A stretch of DNA of 64,000 bases from Octopus sinensis (taxonomy: Eukaryota). The translations under genes were made by a program, and so were the position numbers. Of the stretch, positions 51,527-64,000 are shown in pieces (within the stretch, counting starts at the first letter, position 1; the number at the start of each line of letters is the position of its first letter). The notes beneath the pieces are model-generated. The model had not been told where the DNA came from. It saw only the letters and a program-made list of their open reading frames with translations, and did not search any database. The stretch lies in assembly GCF_006345805.1 (NCBI RefSeq), contig NC_042999.1, forward strand, positions 150,722,001-150,786,000, read 5' to 3'.

Positions 51527-51720
51527 TTGTTGCTATTCTGTTAAACTGTTGTATGTCCAAATTTGGCTAAATATGTTGTTTTTTTTTCAATATTTATTTT
51601 TGCTTGCAATAGCAGGTTCTTTTGGTCAAAAGTGTAGTACAACGGTTTTGCTAATGAATGGGGGAAACTATTTTTTCATTTTTTGTAAAAGCAACATTTT
51701 GGACTTCAACACTTTTGCAT
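51527..51720. mobile_element. Unclassified element embedded in (TA)n; reverse copy at about 63760-63950
   Basis: attgttgctattctgttaaactgttgtatgtccaaatttggc matches the reverse complement of 63905-63950. Confidence 0.65.
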
Positions 51721-52354
51721 ATATATATATATATATATATTTCAAATTTACAGAAAAATAGATGGAGATAGGTGAGAACAACAAGCAAGGTGTACTAGTT
51801 TGTTTGACACTCTGGGAAAATGGAGAGAGAGAGAGAAAAAAAACAGAGTGGGAAAAAATGTGTCTGGATTAATGGTTTCACATGCTGCTTTTGTGCATAT
51901 AATTTTGAGAAAAAAGAAATCAAATCAATGTTATGCACATTTTGGTGAACAAACACCATTTATTTCATATTTTGCACAAAGTTATGCAGTTTATACAATA
52001 AATTTAGTTCTTGTTCACTTCTTCAGGGATTATAATAATAATAATATAATAATAATAATAATAATCCTTTCTTTCATAGGCACAACTTGTTGCTTGCAGT
52101 CAACTGGGACAACTATGGGCATATTTCAGTCTATCAGATCTCATTCTTACAGTTCTCATTGGCCTACTCAAACCCTTCTGATCAGCCAACAAAGATTTTG
52201 ACACATTGAAAAGGGAGTTATGAAATAAATGCTTAACCCTTTAGCATTTAAACTGGCCACATCAGGCTCAAACATCCTGCCTGCTTTATGCTCAAACTGG
52301 CTAGATCCATTCTCTCACACATTGTCTACAATTTCATCCTAAAATTAAGAAACA

Positions 52355-52810
52355 TCATCATCATCATTGTTTAATGTTCGCTTTCCATGTTAGCATGGGT
52401 TGGACGATTTGACTGAGGCTGACGAACCTGATGGCTGCACCAGGCTCCAATCATGATCTGGCAGGGTTTCTACAGCTGGATGCCCTTCCTAATGCCAACC
52501 ATTCCGAGAGTGTAGTGGGTGCTTTTACGTGCCACCAGCACAGGGGCCAGTCAGGCAGTACTGGCAATGACCTCGCTTGAATGTTTTTTCACGTGCCACC
52601 GGCACAAGTACTAGTAAGGCGACGCTGGTAACAATCACACTTGAATGGTGCCTTTTACGTGCCACTAGCATGAAAGCCAGTTAGCCGCTCTGGCAACGAT
52701 CACGCTCGGATGGTGCTCTTAGTACCCCACGAGCATGGGGCACAAGTGCTAGTAAGGCGATGCTGGTAACGATCACATTCGAATGGTGTCTTTTATGTGC
52801 CACTGTACAC
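52355..52810 (-). mobile_element. (GAT)n-tailed repeat with internal tandem modules
   Basis: Homologous to 49185-49860. Confidence 0.8.
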
Positions 52811-53520
52811 ATCATCAAAATCTCTAAGCTATGGGAAAACAAATGATTGATTAATAACAATGAATAAATAAGCATCAGATTTAACAGAGTAATTCAAATG
52901 TTAGAATGTTAAATAGATTTCATGCTGGTTTGCTTTTTATAAAGATTTCCTGATGAAATAATTATTTAGTTTTTCTCGTTTGTATTTGTATTGGAAGATT
53001 ATTGATGTGAAACTGTGTGTTCAACCAGTTATTAATATATTTCGGGAAGGGCATTCTGCTAATAAAAATACATATTTTAGTTCTAGTGCTGTTATTTTAT
53101 TAATAATTTATCAAAGTCTTTTGATACACATTTGCTACACATCTACACATAGCCTTCTCAATGATTTTTCTCTGATTGCTTGTCCCCTTGGTGTTTGGTC
53201 TTCATATTTGAAAACAACAGTAAGAGTGTAACAGTATGAAGGCTACAAATGTCTAGCTAATTAATTGACAAATCAATCAATAAAGAAATGTGTGTATATT
53301 TGTTGGCAAAATGATCCTCCCAAAGGATCAGCTGTAAGTGGAAAATTTACAATGTTGTTAGTGTTGAATAGAGTATCTTGTGGTATTTGTTTTGTCTCCC
53401 TGTGTTCCAGTTTTAAATCCCATTGAGATCAGCCTTGCCTTTCATCTTTTTCTTTTAAGTACTAGCCAGGGATAGTAGATTGACAGAATCATTGGAACAG
53501 TATCTATTTTTATGGTTTAA

Positions 53521-53701
53521 CCCTTTTGTTACCAACTTGGCTGAAACCAGTTCTGGCTCAGAGAACAAATATCTTGTTTTCATAAGTTTTGAATTAAAAT
53601 CTTCCACCAAACATATATGTTCCTAACACTAGCCTATGTTATATTTATATTTAATTGAAAGAAACACAGAGCATCTCAAAATAAATACAGTAACAAAAGG
53701 G
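53521..53701. mobile_element. TTAA-flanked MITE, family B (opposite orientation, internally deleted)
   Basis: TTAA at 53517-53520 and 53702-53705; perfect TIR cccttttgttac/gtaacaaaaggg. Confidence 0.9.
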
Positions 53702-55427
53702 TTAAGGTTTGTGAGTGTTAAATATTCCTCTGGATAAGATGTTAGTCTATTTTATCTTAAACCTGCAAATGACTTTGTCCCTACTTCTTACAGCTATTTT
53801 GTGTGTGTGTGTGCATGTTACCATATAGTCAGGCAAGGATGAACAGCACTGATGACACTTAATATTTTTCAGGTCTTCTAGTACTAGTTGTAGAAAAGGA
53901 GAAAGGTATACCCTAACTAAAGACTTGGCTCAAATGCTTGCAACAGAGTGATATCTACTAAAAGCTTCCGAAAAACCAGATAGTGGTAGTGTTAACCCTA
54001 GTCACGGATTAAGTGTCCCATCAAAGAACACAGAACATAAAGAGACAGATCAAATATCCATGTTCTAACAGTTTCTGCCAACCCAGTCCATTCTTTTCAC
54101 TGAGATTTAAAAAGTGTCTTGCTTCTAAACAGATCCAAATGCATAATGGAGGATTGAACTCACAGAATGCAATATTTAGTAGTCCTATATTTTATCTTGG
54201 TCATTTTATAATCCCTGTCCCAGTATATTGCTGGTATATTATATCCACCTTACAGAAGTTAACCCTGTGATAGACTGGTGTTCTGTTCAGCTGGGAGTGC
54301 TGTAATCTCAATCATTTATATACTGTGAAAAACCAGATTAAACTTTGTCCTTAGGAATTCTTGGGCTTGTGAGAGGTCCACAACTTAATAGAGATTGGAA
54401 TGCACACATACAAGCACATTTCAACCTATTTTTTTTATATCTATGTCAGCTTCATTTATTACTGTGTATTTATATGAAATGAATCTTGTACATTGTATTG
54501 TTTGGTGGTAGAAACATAACAGCATAATTTGACCCTTCCACAGGTCAGACTGCTTGCATACCTTGTATTTGACTCAGTAGCAGCAGCAGCAGTGGTAGTA
54601 GATAAATTGAATTGTTGTGCAAACATGGCTGTGTGGTTAAGATTCCTGCTTCCTAAGTATAAGGTCTTGGGTTCAATTCCAGTGTATGGTGCTTTGAGCA
54701 AGTGTCTTCTACTATACCCCGAGGCCAACCAGAGTCTTGAGAGTGAAATTCATAGACATAAACTGAAAGAAGCCTATCATATATTTATATAGATGGGTTC
54801 AATAGTTCTGCAGGCCTTGATGAGCAAGAGGACTGCTCCAAGCTCTATTGTCGTCTTTGGCATGATTTCTACAATGCTAATCACTTTACAGAGTGTACTG
54901 GGTGCTTTTTATGTGACACTAACACCAGTGAGATCACCAAGTAACTCACAAAACTAGGGAGGTGGCTTTATGATAAGTTACGAGAGGTTAAAGTATGATA
55001 GAGAGAGATAGGAACAAGTGTCGTGCTGTGAGGGGGAATATATAGTTAATATTTAATTATTTTTGACTTAATTATTAGTTGTTATGTCTGTATAATACTT
55101 GCCATGGAAATAATTGTTCAGCCATGTAGCTTCTGTACATCAAGAAACCTGTTATGCTCTGACCCTTTCTCTCATACCTTAACCTGTTGTCTCTTGGCAT
55201 AAAGCTATCTCCTCTACTATAGCTTCCAACCCCCTCAATTGAAGGGGATCTTAGACTTGTAAGCTGTGTGGTTACCTCACTAGTACTAGTGGTATGGGAA
55301 AACCACCTAGTACATTCTGTAAAGCGGTTGGCATTAGGAAGGGCATCCAGCCATAGAAACTATACCAAAGCAGACATTAAAGTACAATGCAGTCTTTGGA
55401 ACCATCTGATCCTATCAAACTGTTTGA

Positions 55428-57605
55428 CCCTTTTAAAATAGTTGACATAAATTTACACATGCAATGTACATACTTTAAATTGGTCAATGTAATTATATGC
55501 TGCCTGACTTAAAACCTGTCGCCTGAGTTGTACCGGTCTAGCTGCCAACTGATTGGCTGATTAGATGTTTCATGTAAATATTTCCAATCCGATAGGCTGG
55601 TCCTATCACTCTGGCTCCATCAACTTTGTTGTTGCATCCTGTTTCATTCAAGTTACAATCATCGCGCCAAGCTACGCCACCTCACTGGTTGTTTCTGCCA
55701 GTTTAGGTGATGAATCGGAGAGCGAATATTTTCCTAGTTCAGAATCAGATGATCCCGATAGCGATGATGATATTCCAGTGAATCAAAGGTACAGACGGGC
55801 AGCAGTGAATAGCCCTGGACAACAGAATGTCATGTGGTGATCAAGAGACAATTTTGTCAGACAGCATGGGTTTACTGGTTTGCCTGGCATAAACGCAAAT
55901 CTTGAACATGGAAGTTCGGCATCGGAAATCTTCCATGAGTTTCGACAGATGAAATGTTCCAATATACAGCGGATGAAATGAATGACTATGCTGAAAACCA
56001 TTTCCAGCATGTCAGGCCTGGGCATGGCGGTGATTGGTTTCCAACCTCAGGGGACAAAAGTAAAGTTCTGCTTGCTCTACTGATACTGATTAGCATCGTA
56101 AAGAAACCGACCCTAGAATCATATTGGAATCGGGATCCAGCCACCTTTCTTTCCGGAAACGATGCCATGTGATCAATTTTTGGTGCTTCTTTGAAATCTA
56201 CATTTCAACTCAGGCAAGAACCAGGATGATAGGCTGCACAAAATATATCCTATCATTGTTAAAGTGGCTGAAAATTTCAGAATGGTGTATGTCCCCAGAC
56301 AGGACATTTGTACAGACAAGAGTTTGTGGAAATTCAAGGGAAGGCTCCGATTCAAACAATACAACCTGACCAAATGTGCCCACTTTGGAGTCAAGGTTTA
56401 TAAAGTATACCAGTCAGCTGGCAGAGCCTGTGGGTACACATCGAATTACAAAATCTACATTGGTCAGGACATACTGGATCTTCCAGTGACTATTCAAGCA
56501 TCAACTGATTTTATGTAGTTGCTGAATGAAAATTTATTTGACAAAGGCAGCAATATTTATATGGACAACTGGTTTTCCAGGCCAGACTTCTTCCTGCAGC
56601 TGCAGGCAAAGAGGACTAATGCCTTTGAAAGGAGGAAACAGCATACTGATGGACCGATAGTAGCATTCTTGCTCTAGTGTGGCATGACATGAAAAACATT
56701 TACATGTTATCCACACTGCATTCTGCAAGCATGAAGGACATTAGGAAACAAGATGTGGACAGTAATGCCATAGTGAAACTGTGTGTAGTTGTTTCATACA
56801 ATGAAGGGATGGGTGGAGTCGATTGCTCAGATCAGGTGGTGATGACACAAATTGGTGAGAAAGTCTGTGAAATGAACCAAAAATTTTCTTGTATATAGTT
56901 GAGATGTGTGTCGTAAACTCACATTTGATTTGGCAGATGCTTGGCAGTGTGGGGGATAGATTGACATTCAGGAATCTTTTGTTCCATGAAATGATAGAAG
57001 CATCAGACCTGAAAAAGTACAGAAAGCATGGACGTCCTCATGTCAGACTCTCTCCTCACCACATGGTGAAGGGATGTGGGCATTTTCCACGACTGTTTAC
57101 CTCGACCATGTAAAAGACAAATGCTTCAATGAGATTCACAGTATGTAAAGTTAAAGGGAAACGCAAGGCAACTAGATACCATTGTTCACAATGTGATATG
57201 CTGCCTTGTTTTGAATTCTACCACACTAAAGTCAATTTTTGAATTCACCTGATTGTAAATTCATGAAGTTGATCTGACTTGTGCTGTTGAGTGATCTTTT
57301 TCAGGAACGATACTGCATAAGCGTCCTGCACAAGTATATAGTTTAGGTAAATAAGCAGTACTGACATTAAAGTGGCTGACATAAATATATGCTGAACGTT
57401 ATATTGCACTGAGTGCTGACCTCAATCAGAGTGATTACTGTTGCCATGCACAGGCAGCCAACTGAATCACTGCTGTAAACTGGTTAAAGTGGTTGATGTA
57501 AATATACACTGAAGCATTGTCATGTCCTAATTGCTGATTTCAGCTGAGATGATAACTGTCAATGCAACCTTTTTGCTTGATAAAAAGAAAAACATTGTCA
57601 TGGGG
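55428..57605 (+). mobile_element. piggyBac-family DNA transposon, decayed, inserted in a SINE
   Basis: Right end ...ttgtcatgggg+TTAA (57606-57609), then the host SINE resumes (tccatgccagtatgg); left junction is TTGA+ccc at 55424-55430 after the SINE's caaactgt. Confidence 0.75.
55565..57243 (+). pseudogene. piggyBac transposase pseudogene (PGBD4-like, DDE_Tnp_1_7 type), multiple frameshifts and stops
   Basis: Acidic N-terminus (ESESEYFPSSESDD); YVPRQDICTDKSLWKFKGRLRFKQY; FGVKVYK; YMDNWFS; WHDMKNIYMLSTLH; YNEGMGGVDCSDQ; Cys-rich C-terminus ending FYHTKVNF*. Confidence 0.93.
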
Positions 57606-57794
57606 TTAATCCATGCCAGTATGGAATACAGATGTCAAATTCTACTATTGATGATTGAAATTTTCATGTTTTCCACATTAAATGATTATTGAGAAACAGA
57701 TATTAATCTGATATAATCCATATAAACCAAACAGAAGTTATCAAATGTATGGACAGAATAAAAAATGCTTCTTCCTATATTGTTTTTAAGTTAA

Positions 57795-58330
57795 CCATGT
57801 AGTTGCCCACTTTTGCATATTTGAACATGTAGCTGCCCACTTTTGCATCTCTAAACATGTGGCTGCCCACTTTTGCATCTCTAAACATGTGGCTGCCCAC
57901 TTTTGCATCTCTAAACATGTGGCTGCTCACTTTTGCATCTCTAAACATGTGGCTGCTCACGTTTGCATCTCTAAACATGTGGCTGCTCACTTTTGCATCT
58001 CTAAACATGTGGCTGCCCACTTTTGCATCTCTAAACATGTGGCCGCCCACTTTTGCATCTCTAAACATGTGGCTGCTCACTTTTGCATCTCTAAACATGT
58101 GGCCACTCACTTTTGCATCTCTAAACATGTGGCTGCCCACTTTTGCATCTCTAAACATGTGGCTGCCCACTTTTGCATCTGTAAACATGTGGCTGCTCAC
58201 GTTTGCATCTGTAAACATGTGGCTGCCCACTTTTGCATCTGTAAACATGTGGCTGCCCACTTTTGCATCTGTAAACATGTGGCCGCCCACTTTTGCATCT
58301 CTAAACATGTGGCTGCTCACTTATGCATCT
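57795..58330. repeat. 30-bp minisatellite (ctaaacatgtggctgcccacttttgcatct), about 18 copies
   Basis: Near-perfect tandem units; accounts for ORFs 57775-58320, 57857-58414 and 57859-58353. Confidence 0.97.
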
Positions 58331-59189
58331 TCCAACAAAATGGCACCCACTAAAGTGTTCTTGCTTATTCAAAGGGTTAAGGACTTGTTTGTCTCATCTT
58401 TATGTCATTATTAGAGCTAAGATTTTAAGGACCTGATATGGTAAAATTGTGTTAAATGTTTCCTGACCTACTACTTACTCTCCTTCAGAATCTCTTATGT
58501 CAAGTCTTGTTTAACTCCTGTCACATACACCTTTCCACTTAACTTTCTAATAGTCTCACCTGCATAAATGTGTTGGCCTATTTCTGAACCTACTGATTAT
58601 ACATGAAACATTTTATTATATATAATCTAAATGCAGTGTCAGCACATTGTTGTTTCCAATATGCTATTCAAATAACGGAACCGCATAATTCATAGTTCAT
58701 CCAAGTAAGCATATAATAAAAATCTGTTTTTGTTCTTTAATAGTCTAAATTTTGGGTGTGTTCCTTGTGATATACAAAAGTATACTCCAGTATAAAGGTA
58801 TATCAAATATTTAACAAGCACAAAAGGTTTGTTAACTAGAATCTCAAACAAAGTTAAATTGTTCTTCACTTCATTGTTCTATCTTACTGTCATTTTTATT
58901 CTGAAATTCATGTGACAAATCTTTGCTTTCATTTCATCTGCAAATGGTGCTTCAAACTTCTTTATATTGTCTCAGGCTATGACACTTAGACATTGTTCCA
59001 TTGTACTCAGTTCAAGATAGATTAAAGTTTTCATGTGATGACAAATGGTCTTTAACTTCCTAGATTTCATGGGATTATAAGAACTTTGAATAAGTTCCAT
59101 TCTTTGTGTTTGGTAGGAAAACTCTGTATATGAGTGCTCAACAAAACATTCTGTAGGTCTATGAAATTTATAATGATAGTACTTTATTA

Positions 59190-59720
59190 TTATTATTATT
59201 ATTATTATTGAATGAGAGAGCAGTACATGTCCTCAAAGTGACACTGGGGTACAATGATACGAAACCCAGTATACCCATCTTGACTACCTAACTGATAAGG
59301 GTTCACTAGGCACACACATCACACCCATATGTGCACAACATGGTGATCTTATTTCAAGATAAATAGTCCATGACCCTGCAGGTGGAGCCCAGTTAGAATT
59401 TTCTTCAGGTCAAGTAGCCCATCCTACTGAAAAGGTCCCTGAATAAGGGTTGTTTGAGGATGATGAATGAAGCACCCATGTTTCCAGAGGTGAATTATTC
59501 AAACCCGAAAAACTTCTTCTCAACACATGTCTATGATGCTCCCCAACTACTCCTGCTCACAATCAGAGATGCACCTGTCGTCAGCCACTAATGGACATGC
59601 CCAACTGGTTAAGCTCAAGCAACTGACACAAATCTGCAGTATTGAGCAGAATATTTGCTGTCGCCCATCTTTTACATCAAGACAAAACATGTAAATGTTA
59701 ACACTTCCCAATCAAGATCA
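59190..59720 (-). mobile_element. About 530-bp (AAT)n-tailed retroposon, second copy
   Basis: Reverse-complement homology to 44330-44875. Confidence 0.75.
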
Positions 59721-60004
59721 GAAGTCATCCAACCCATACCAGCATGGAAAATGGGTGTTAGATGAGGATGAGGATTATGATGATGATTATGATTATGATT
59801 GTTGTTGATTTTGTTTTGTAGAAATACATTCAGAAAGTTATCCGCTCACAGATGAGAGGAAACTTTGCCAGCCGTTGTTATTAATAGGAAAGAAAGAACA
59901 AAGATCCGTTTTCAGGAATCACTAGTCTGTACCCACCACCTCTCAGATACTATTAGAGTAAGTTTTATTTGTTACAATGGTAATACATTTGGTTAATAAG
60001 CACT

Positions 60005-61070
60005 CTGTGGGCATGTGTGTGTGTGTACATGTACTAGTGTTTGTGTGTGTGAGTCTGTGTGTATATGTATGCTTTTGTGTGTGTGTATATGTATGCATGT
60101 CTGTGTGTGTGCTTGTGTGTGTGTGTACATGTACTAGTGTTTGTGTGTGTGAGTCTGTGTGTGTATGTATGCTTTTGTGTGTGTGTATATGTATGCATGT
60201 CTGTGTGTGGGCATGTGTGTGTGTGTACATGTACTAGTGTTTGTGTGTGTGAGTCTGTGTGTGTATGTATGCTTTTGTGTGTGTGTATATGTATGCATGT
60301 CTGTGTGTGGGCATGTGTGTGTGTGTACATGTACTAGTGTTTGTGTGTGTGAGTCTGTGTGTGTATGTATGCTTTTGTGTGTGTGTATATGTATGCATGT
60401 CTGTGTGTGCATGTGTGTGTGTGTGCATATATGCTTGTCTGTGTGTGTATGTATGCTTATCTGTGTGTGTATGTATGCTTGTCTCTGTGTGTATGTTTGT
60501 ATGTATCTGTGTATGCTTGAGTGTGTGTGTGTGCATGTATGCTTGTGTGTATGTGTGTATGCTTGAGTGTGTGTGTGTGTGCATGTATGCTTGTGTGTAT
60601 GTGTGTATGCTTGAGTGTGTGTGTGTGTGCATGTATGCTTGTGTGTATGTGTGTATGCTTGAGTGTGTGTGTGTGTGCATGTATGCTTGTGTGTATGTGT
60701 GTATGCTTGAGTGTGTGTGTGTGTGCATGTATGCTTGTGTGTATGTGTGTATGCTTGAGTGTGTGTGTGTGTGCATGTATGCTTGTGTGTATGTGTGTAT
60801 GCTTGAGTGTGTGTGTGTGTGTGCATGTATGCTTGCCTGTGTGTGTGTATGTATGTATGTATGCTTGTCTCTGTATGCATGCTTGTCTGTGTGTGTAGTT
60901 ATGCATGCGTATATGCTCACACACACATGCATGCAAATCTATGTGTATTTTTGTGTGAGTGTTTACATGTTTTTGTGTTGTACGTGTGTGCATGTTTGTG
61001 TCTATGTATTGTGCAGTTAGGAATGCATGTATGCATGCACTCAGGTTTATGAAGAGTATCTGCATTTTTT

Positions 61071-61117
<47 letters not shown>

Positions 61118-61560
61118 CTCTGTATGTAAGTGTTTGTGTATATGTCTGTGTGTGTGTGTGTGTGTGTGCCTCTGTATGTAAGTGTTTGTGTATATGTCTG
61201 TGTTTGTGTGTGTGTGTGTGCCTCTGTATGTGAGTGTTTGTGTATATGTCTGTGTTTGTGTGTGTGCCTCTGTATGTAAGTGTTTGTGTATATGTCTGTG
61301 TTTGTGTGTGTGCCTCTGTATGTGAGTGTTCGTGTATATGTCTGTGTTTGTGTGTGTGTGTGTGCCTCTGTATGTGAGTGTTTGTGTATATGTCTGTGTT
61401 TGTGTGTGTGCCTCTGTATGTAAGTGTTTGTGTATATGTCTGTGTTTGTGTGTGTGCCTCTGTATGTAAGTGTTTGTGTATATGTCTGTGTTTGTGTGTG
61501 TGTGTGTGCCTCTGTATGTGAGTGTTCATGTATATGTCTGTGTTTGACTGTGTGCATGTG
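60005..61560. repeat. Cluster of (TG)-derived minisatellites: ~70-bp unit (60010-60400), ~38-bp unit (60520-60830), ~36-40-bp unit (61110-61545)
   Basis: Direct reading; source of the His/Thr- and Cys/Val-rich pseudo-ORFs. Confidence 0.95.
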
Positions 61561-62449
61561 TGTTTATGTGTTAGAGATTGCAGTATTTGAGTGATATCGG
61601 AAGAATGGGGTGAGCCAAACTTAGGAAAGCTGTTTAACAACAAGAAACCAGAACCACCACCACCACTGGTACAATCTACCTCCTCCTCACAACCACCACC
61701 ATCATCATCATCATCATTATCAACAGCAACAACAATAAAGACCTGTGAAGTGGCAAAAAAAAATGTAAAAGAAAGGAAGCACTCTGGAAATATGAAATCT
61801 GATCTGGGTAATGGAAGGGGGGGGGGGAGAAACAAAAGATATCTCTGTTTTCTATAAGACTGAGAAGTGGGGGGTGTATATTAGTTGTAATGTTATTTTC
61901 AGTGTTGACGTATTTTGGTGGCCCAGGAAGGATGTATGTAAGAATGGTAAGGGTAAAGATATTTTTTACAAAAGGTGGGGAGTGAGTGGTAACCATCAAA
62001 ATCATGGAAAAGAAAAAATAATAAAGGGTTACATTGATATCCTTCAATGGATTTATTGTTAACCAAACTAACTTTCCATAGTGTCTTAAGAAAAGCCAGA
62101 TCCATCAATCCTAGATAGTATTTTGTATATTTTTCAAAATTTCATTTATTTGATTTTGTTGGAGTTGTTTACCTTAGCTGGGTCTTTTTTCTTTTTTTTT
62201 GGAGATTTTAAATGCCCCATTGTGAAAGTTTTGTTTCCTCGTTCCTTAATAATGACAGTTAATCAAAGTTTCCATCATGCTATATATCTGTTGATGTAAA
62301 TTTTTGGATGCCTTTCCTGTTGCCAATCCTCACCTTTTTCCTAATAAGGTAATATTAGGAAATGTCTTTTAAAGATTTTGAAATGAAGGACACTGCTTAC
62401 ATAACAGTGTGCCTGTTTACAACCGTTACATGATGGCAAGACAAGGAGA

Positions 62450-62748
62450 CTGTAACACACACACACACACACACACACACATGAATGTAAACACACCAGC
62501 ATCGGTTGTCAAGTGATGTTGGGGGACAAACACAGACACACAAATATATATACACACACACACACACACATACATATACACTCATATATATGACGGGCTT
62601 CTTTCATTTTCCATCTACCAAATCCACTCACAAGGCTTTGGTCGGCCCGAGGCTTTAGTAGAAGACACTTGCCCAAGTGCCATGCAGTGGGACTGAACCC
62701 AGAACAATGTGGTTGGTAAGCAAGCTACTTACCACGCAGCCACTCCTA
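62450..62748 (-). mobile_element. tRNA/CORE-type SINE
   Basis: Family match. Confidence 0.82.
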
Positions 62749-62762
62749 GATAACATAATTAA

Positions 62763-63038
62763 CCCATTAGCCTTCAAATTACTCTCTCTAATTTATTGCT
62801 TATTTTTTCACATTGTTTTGTATTAATCATGCATTATTTTGTAGCTTTGAGATTTTGTTGATGTGGTTGTCTGTCTACTTTTTGAATGACATTGCAGTGT
62901 AGGTGTTAAAAACTGGATCTGGCTGGTTTGAACATAAAACTGCCAGAATATTTAAGCCAGATATCGCTAGTTTAAATATTTGAACATAAATCTGCTAGAA
63001 TATTTAAACCACATATGGCTGGTTTAAATACTAAAGGA
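62763..63038. mobile_element. TTAA-flanked MITE, family A, diverged, with internal duplication
   Basis: TTAA at 62759-62762 and 63039-63042; homologous to 19078-19299. Confidence 0.72.
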
Positions 63039-63441
63039 TTAAATGAAGTATTAGATAGTGTAAAGCAGTTGGGTCAAATTCATTTGGCTTTGCAGGCCAT
63101 ATTGTCTTTTGGGCTAGTCCTTAGAGTGGGAAGGGAGACAGACTTTGTTCAAATGAATGCATACAATTCTAATCCTTCAGCTTCTTCTATTTCTTTTTCT
63201 TGTTTCATTCATTAGACTGTGGTCATGCTGGAGCACTGCATGTCAGCAGACAACCATTGGATATATTTTACATCATATAAGGGTAAGATACACAATTTTT
63301 CTGCTCTTTTCGTGGCTATACTGTATTTGAAATATTATTTTCTTGTCTGTATAATATGGTTCACATTCAATATTTCCAAAAAGACAAAAAGAAAATGTTT
63401 GTTTACATATGTTGTTGCATATATATATATATATATATACA

Positions 63442-63683
63442 CAGTGGGGTGCAAAAGTAGATATACAGTAAGTATCACATCAATGTTATAATAAATTTAT
63501 TAAAATTATTAGCATGTTAAATTAGTTAGCCTCATTTTTGATGTTTTCAGTGTCATTAGTCACAATAGTACATTAATCAAAACTATAATACTTTTGTTGT
63601 AACTTTTAGTTTTTTGATAAAAATAAATGAGTATTGTACATATTTTATTTGTTTCATAACTGTATACCTACTTTTGCACCACC

Positions 63684-63686
<3 letters not shown>
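63442..63686. mobile_element. Tc1/mariner-type MITE (245 bp) within a (TA)n tract
   Basis: TIR cagtggggtgcaaaagtagatatacagt versus the reverse complement of actgtatacctacttttgcaccaccctg; TA on the right flank. Confidence 0.85.
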
Positions 63687-63736
<50 letters not shown>

Positions 63737-63942
63737 CATCATCATTGTTTAATGTCTGCTGCTTTTTTCACCATTCCATAGCAAAGCCATTGTACTACAC
63801 TTTGACAATTTTTGATATTTTGGCATCTGAAGCAGCTGGAGATACAATAGTTTGACCCAAAGACCTGGCTATTGCAAGTAAAAATAAATATTGGAAAAAC
63901 GCTTTTGGCCAAATTTGGACAAACAACAGTTTAACATAATAG

Positions 63943-64000
<58 letters not shown>

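Noticed and set aside
57775-58414. Long ORFs with 10-aa repeats, and a CRISPR-like look of regular repeats
   Set aside because: Units are contiguous with no unique spacers, the context is eukaryotic and no cas genes are present; the ORFs arise because a 30-bp unit lacks stops.
60034-61835. ORFs of 200-366 aa rich in His/Thr or Cys/Val
   Set aside because: Translations of (CA)/(TG)-derived satellites, open on both strands and in several frames.

Overview
AT-rich eukaryotic non-coding DNA, very probably from a cephalopod (Octopus-like) genome, inferred from the SINE families and the microsatellite load. I find no intact, recognisable protein-coding gene: almost every ORF in the track is translated microsatellite, minisatellite or SINE sequence. 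The only protein homologies I can support are a disrupted piggyBac (PGBD4-like) transposase at about 55.6-57.2 kb and three RTE LINE fragments. The window is dominated by at least four interspersed SINE-type families, TTAA-flanked and TA-flanked MITEs, one complete non-autonomous Helitron, and several minisatellites. The most notable items are two minimal hammerhead-ribozyme motifs of the Penelope type next to (TA)n tracts, a degenerate 5S rRNA copy about 12 nt upstream of a degenerate tRNA-Lys(CTT) on the same strand, and an 842-bp unit with an identical 115-bp direct repeat plus an inverted copy that forms a large hairpin. There is also a CpG-rich to CpG-poor transition suggesting a promoter or first exon near 2 kb followed by a long intron. 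Coordinates of SINE copies are approximate (about +/-10 bp), and identities are by-eye estimates.
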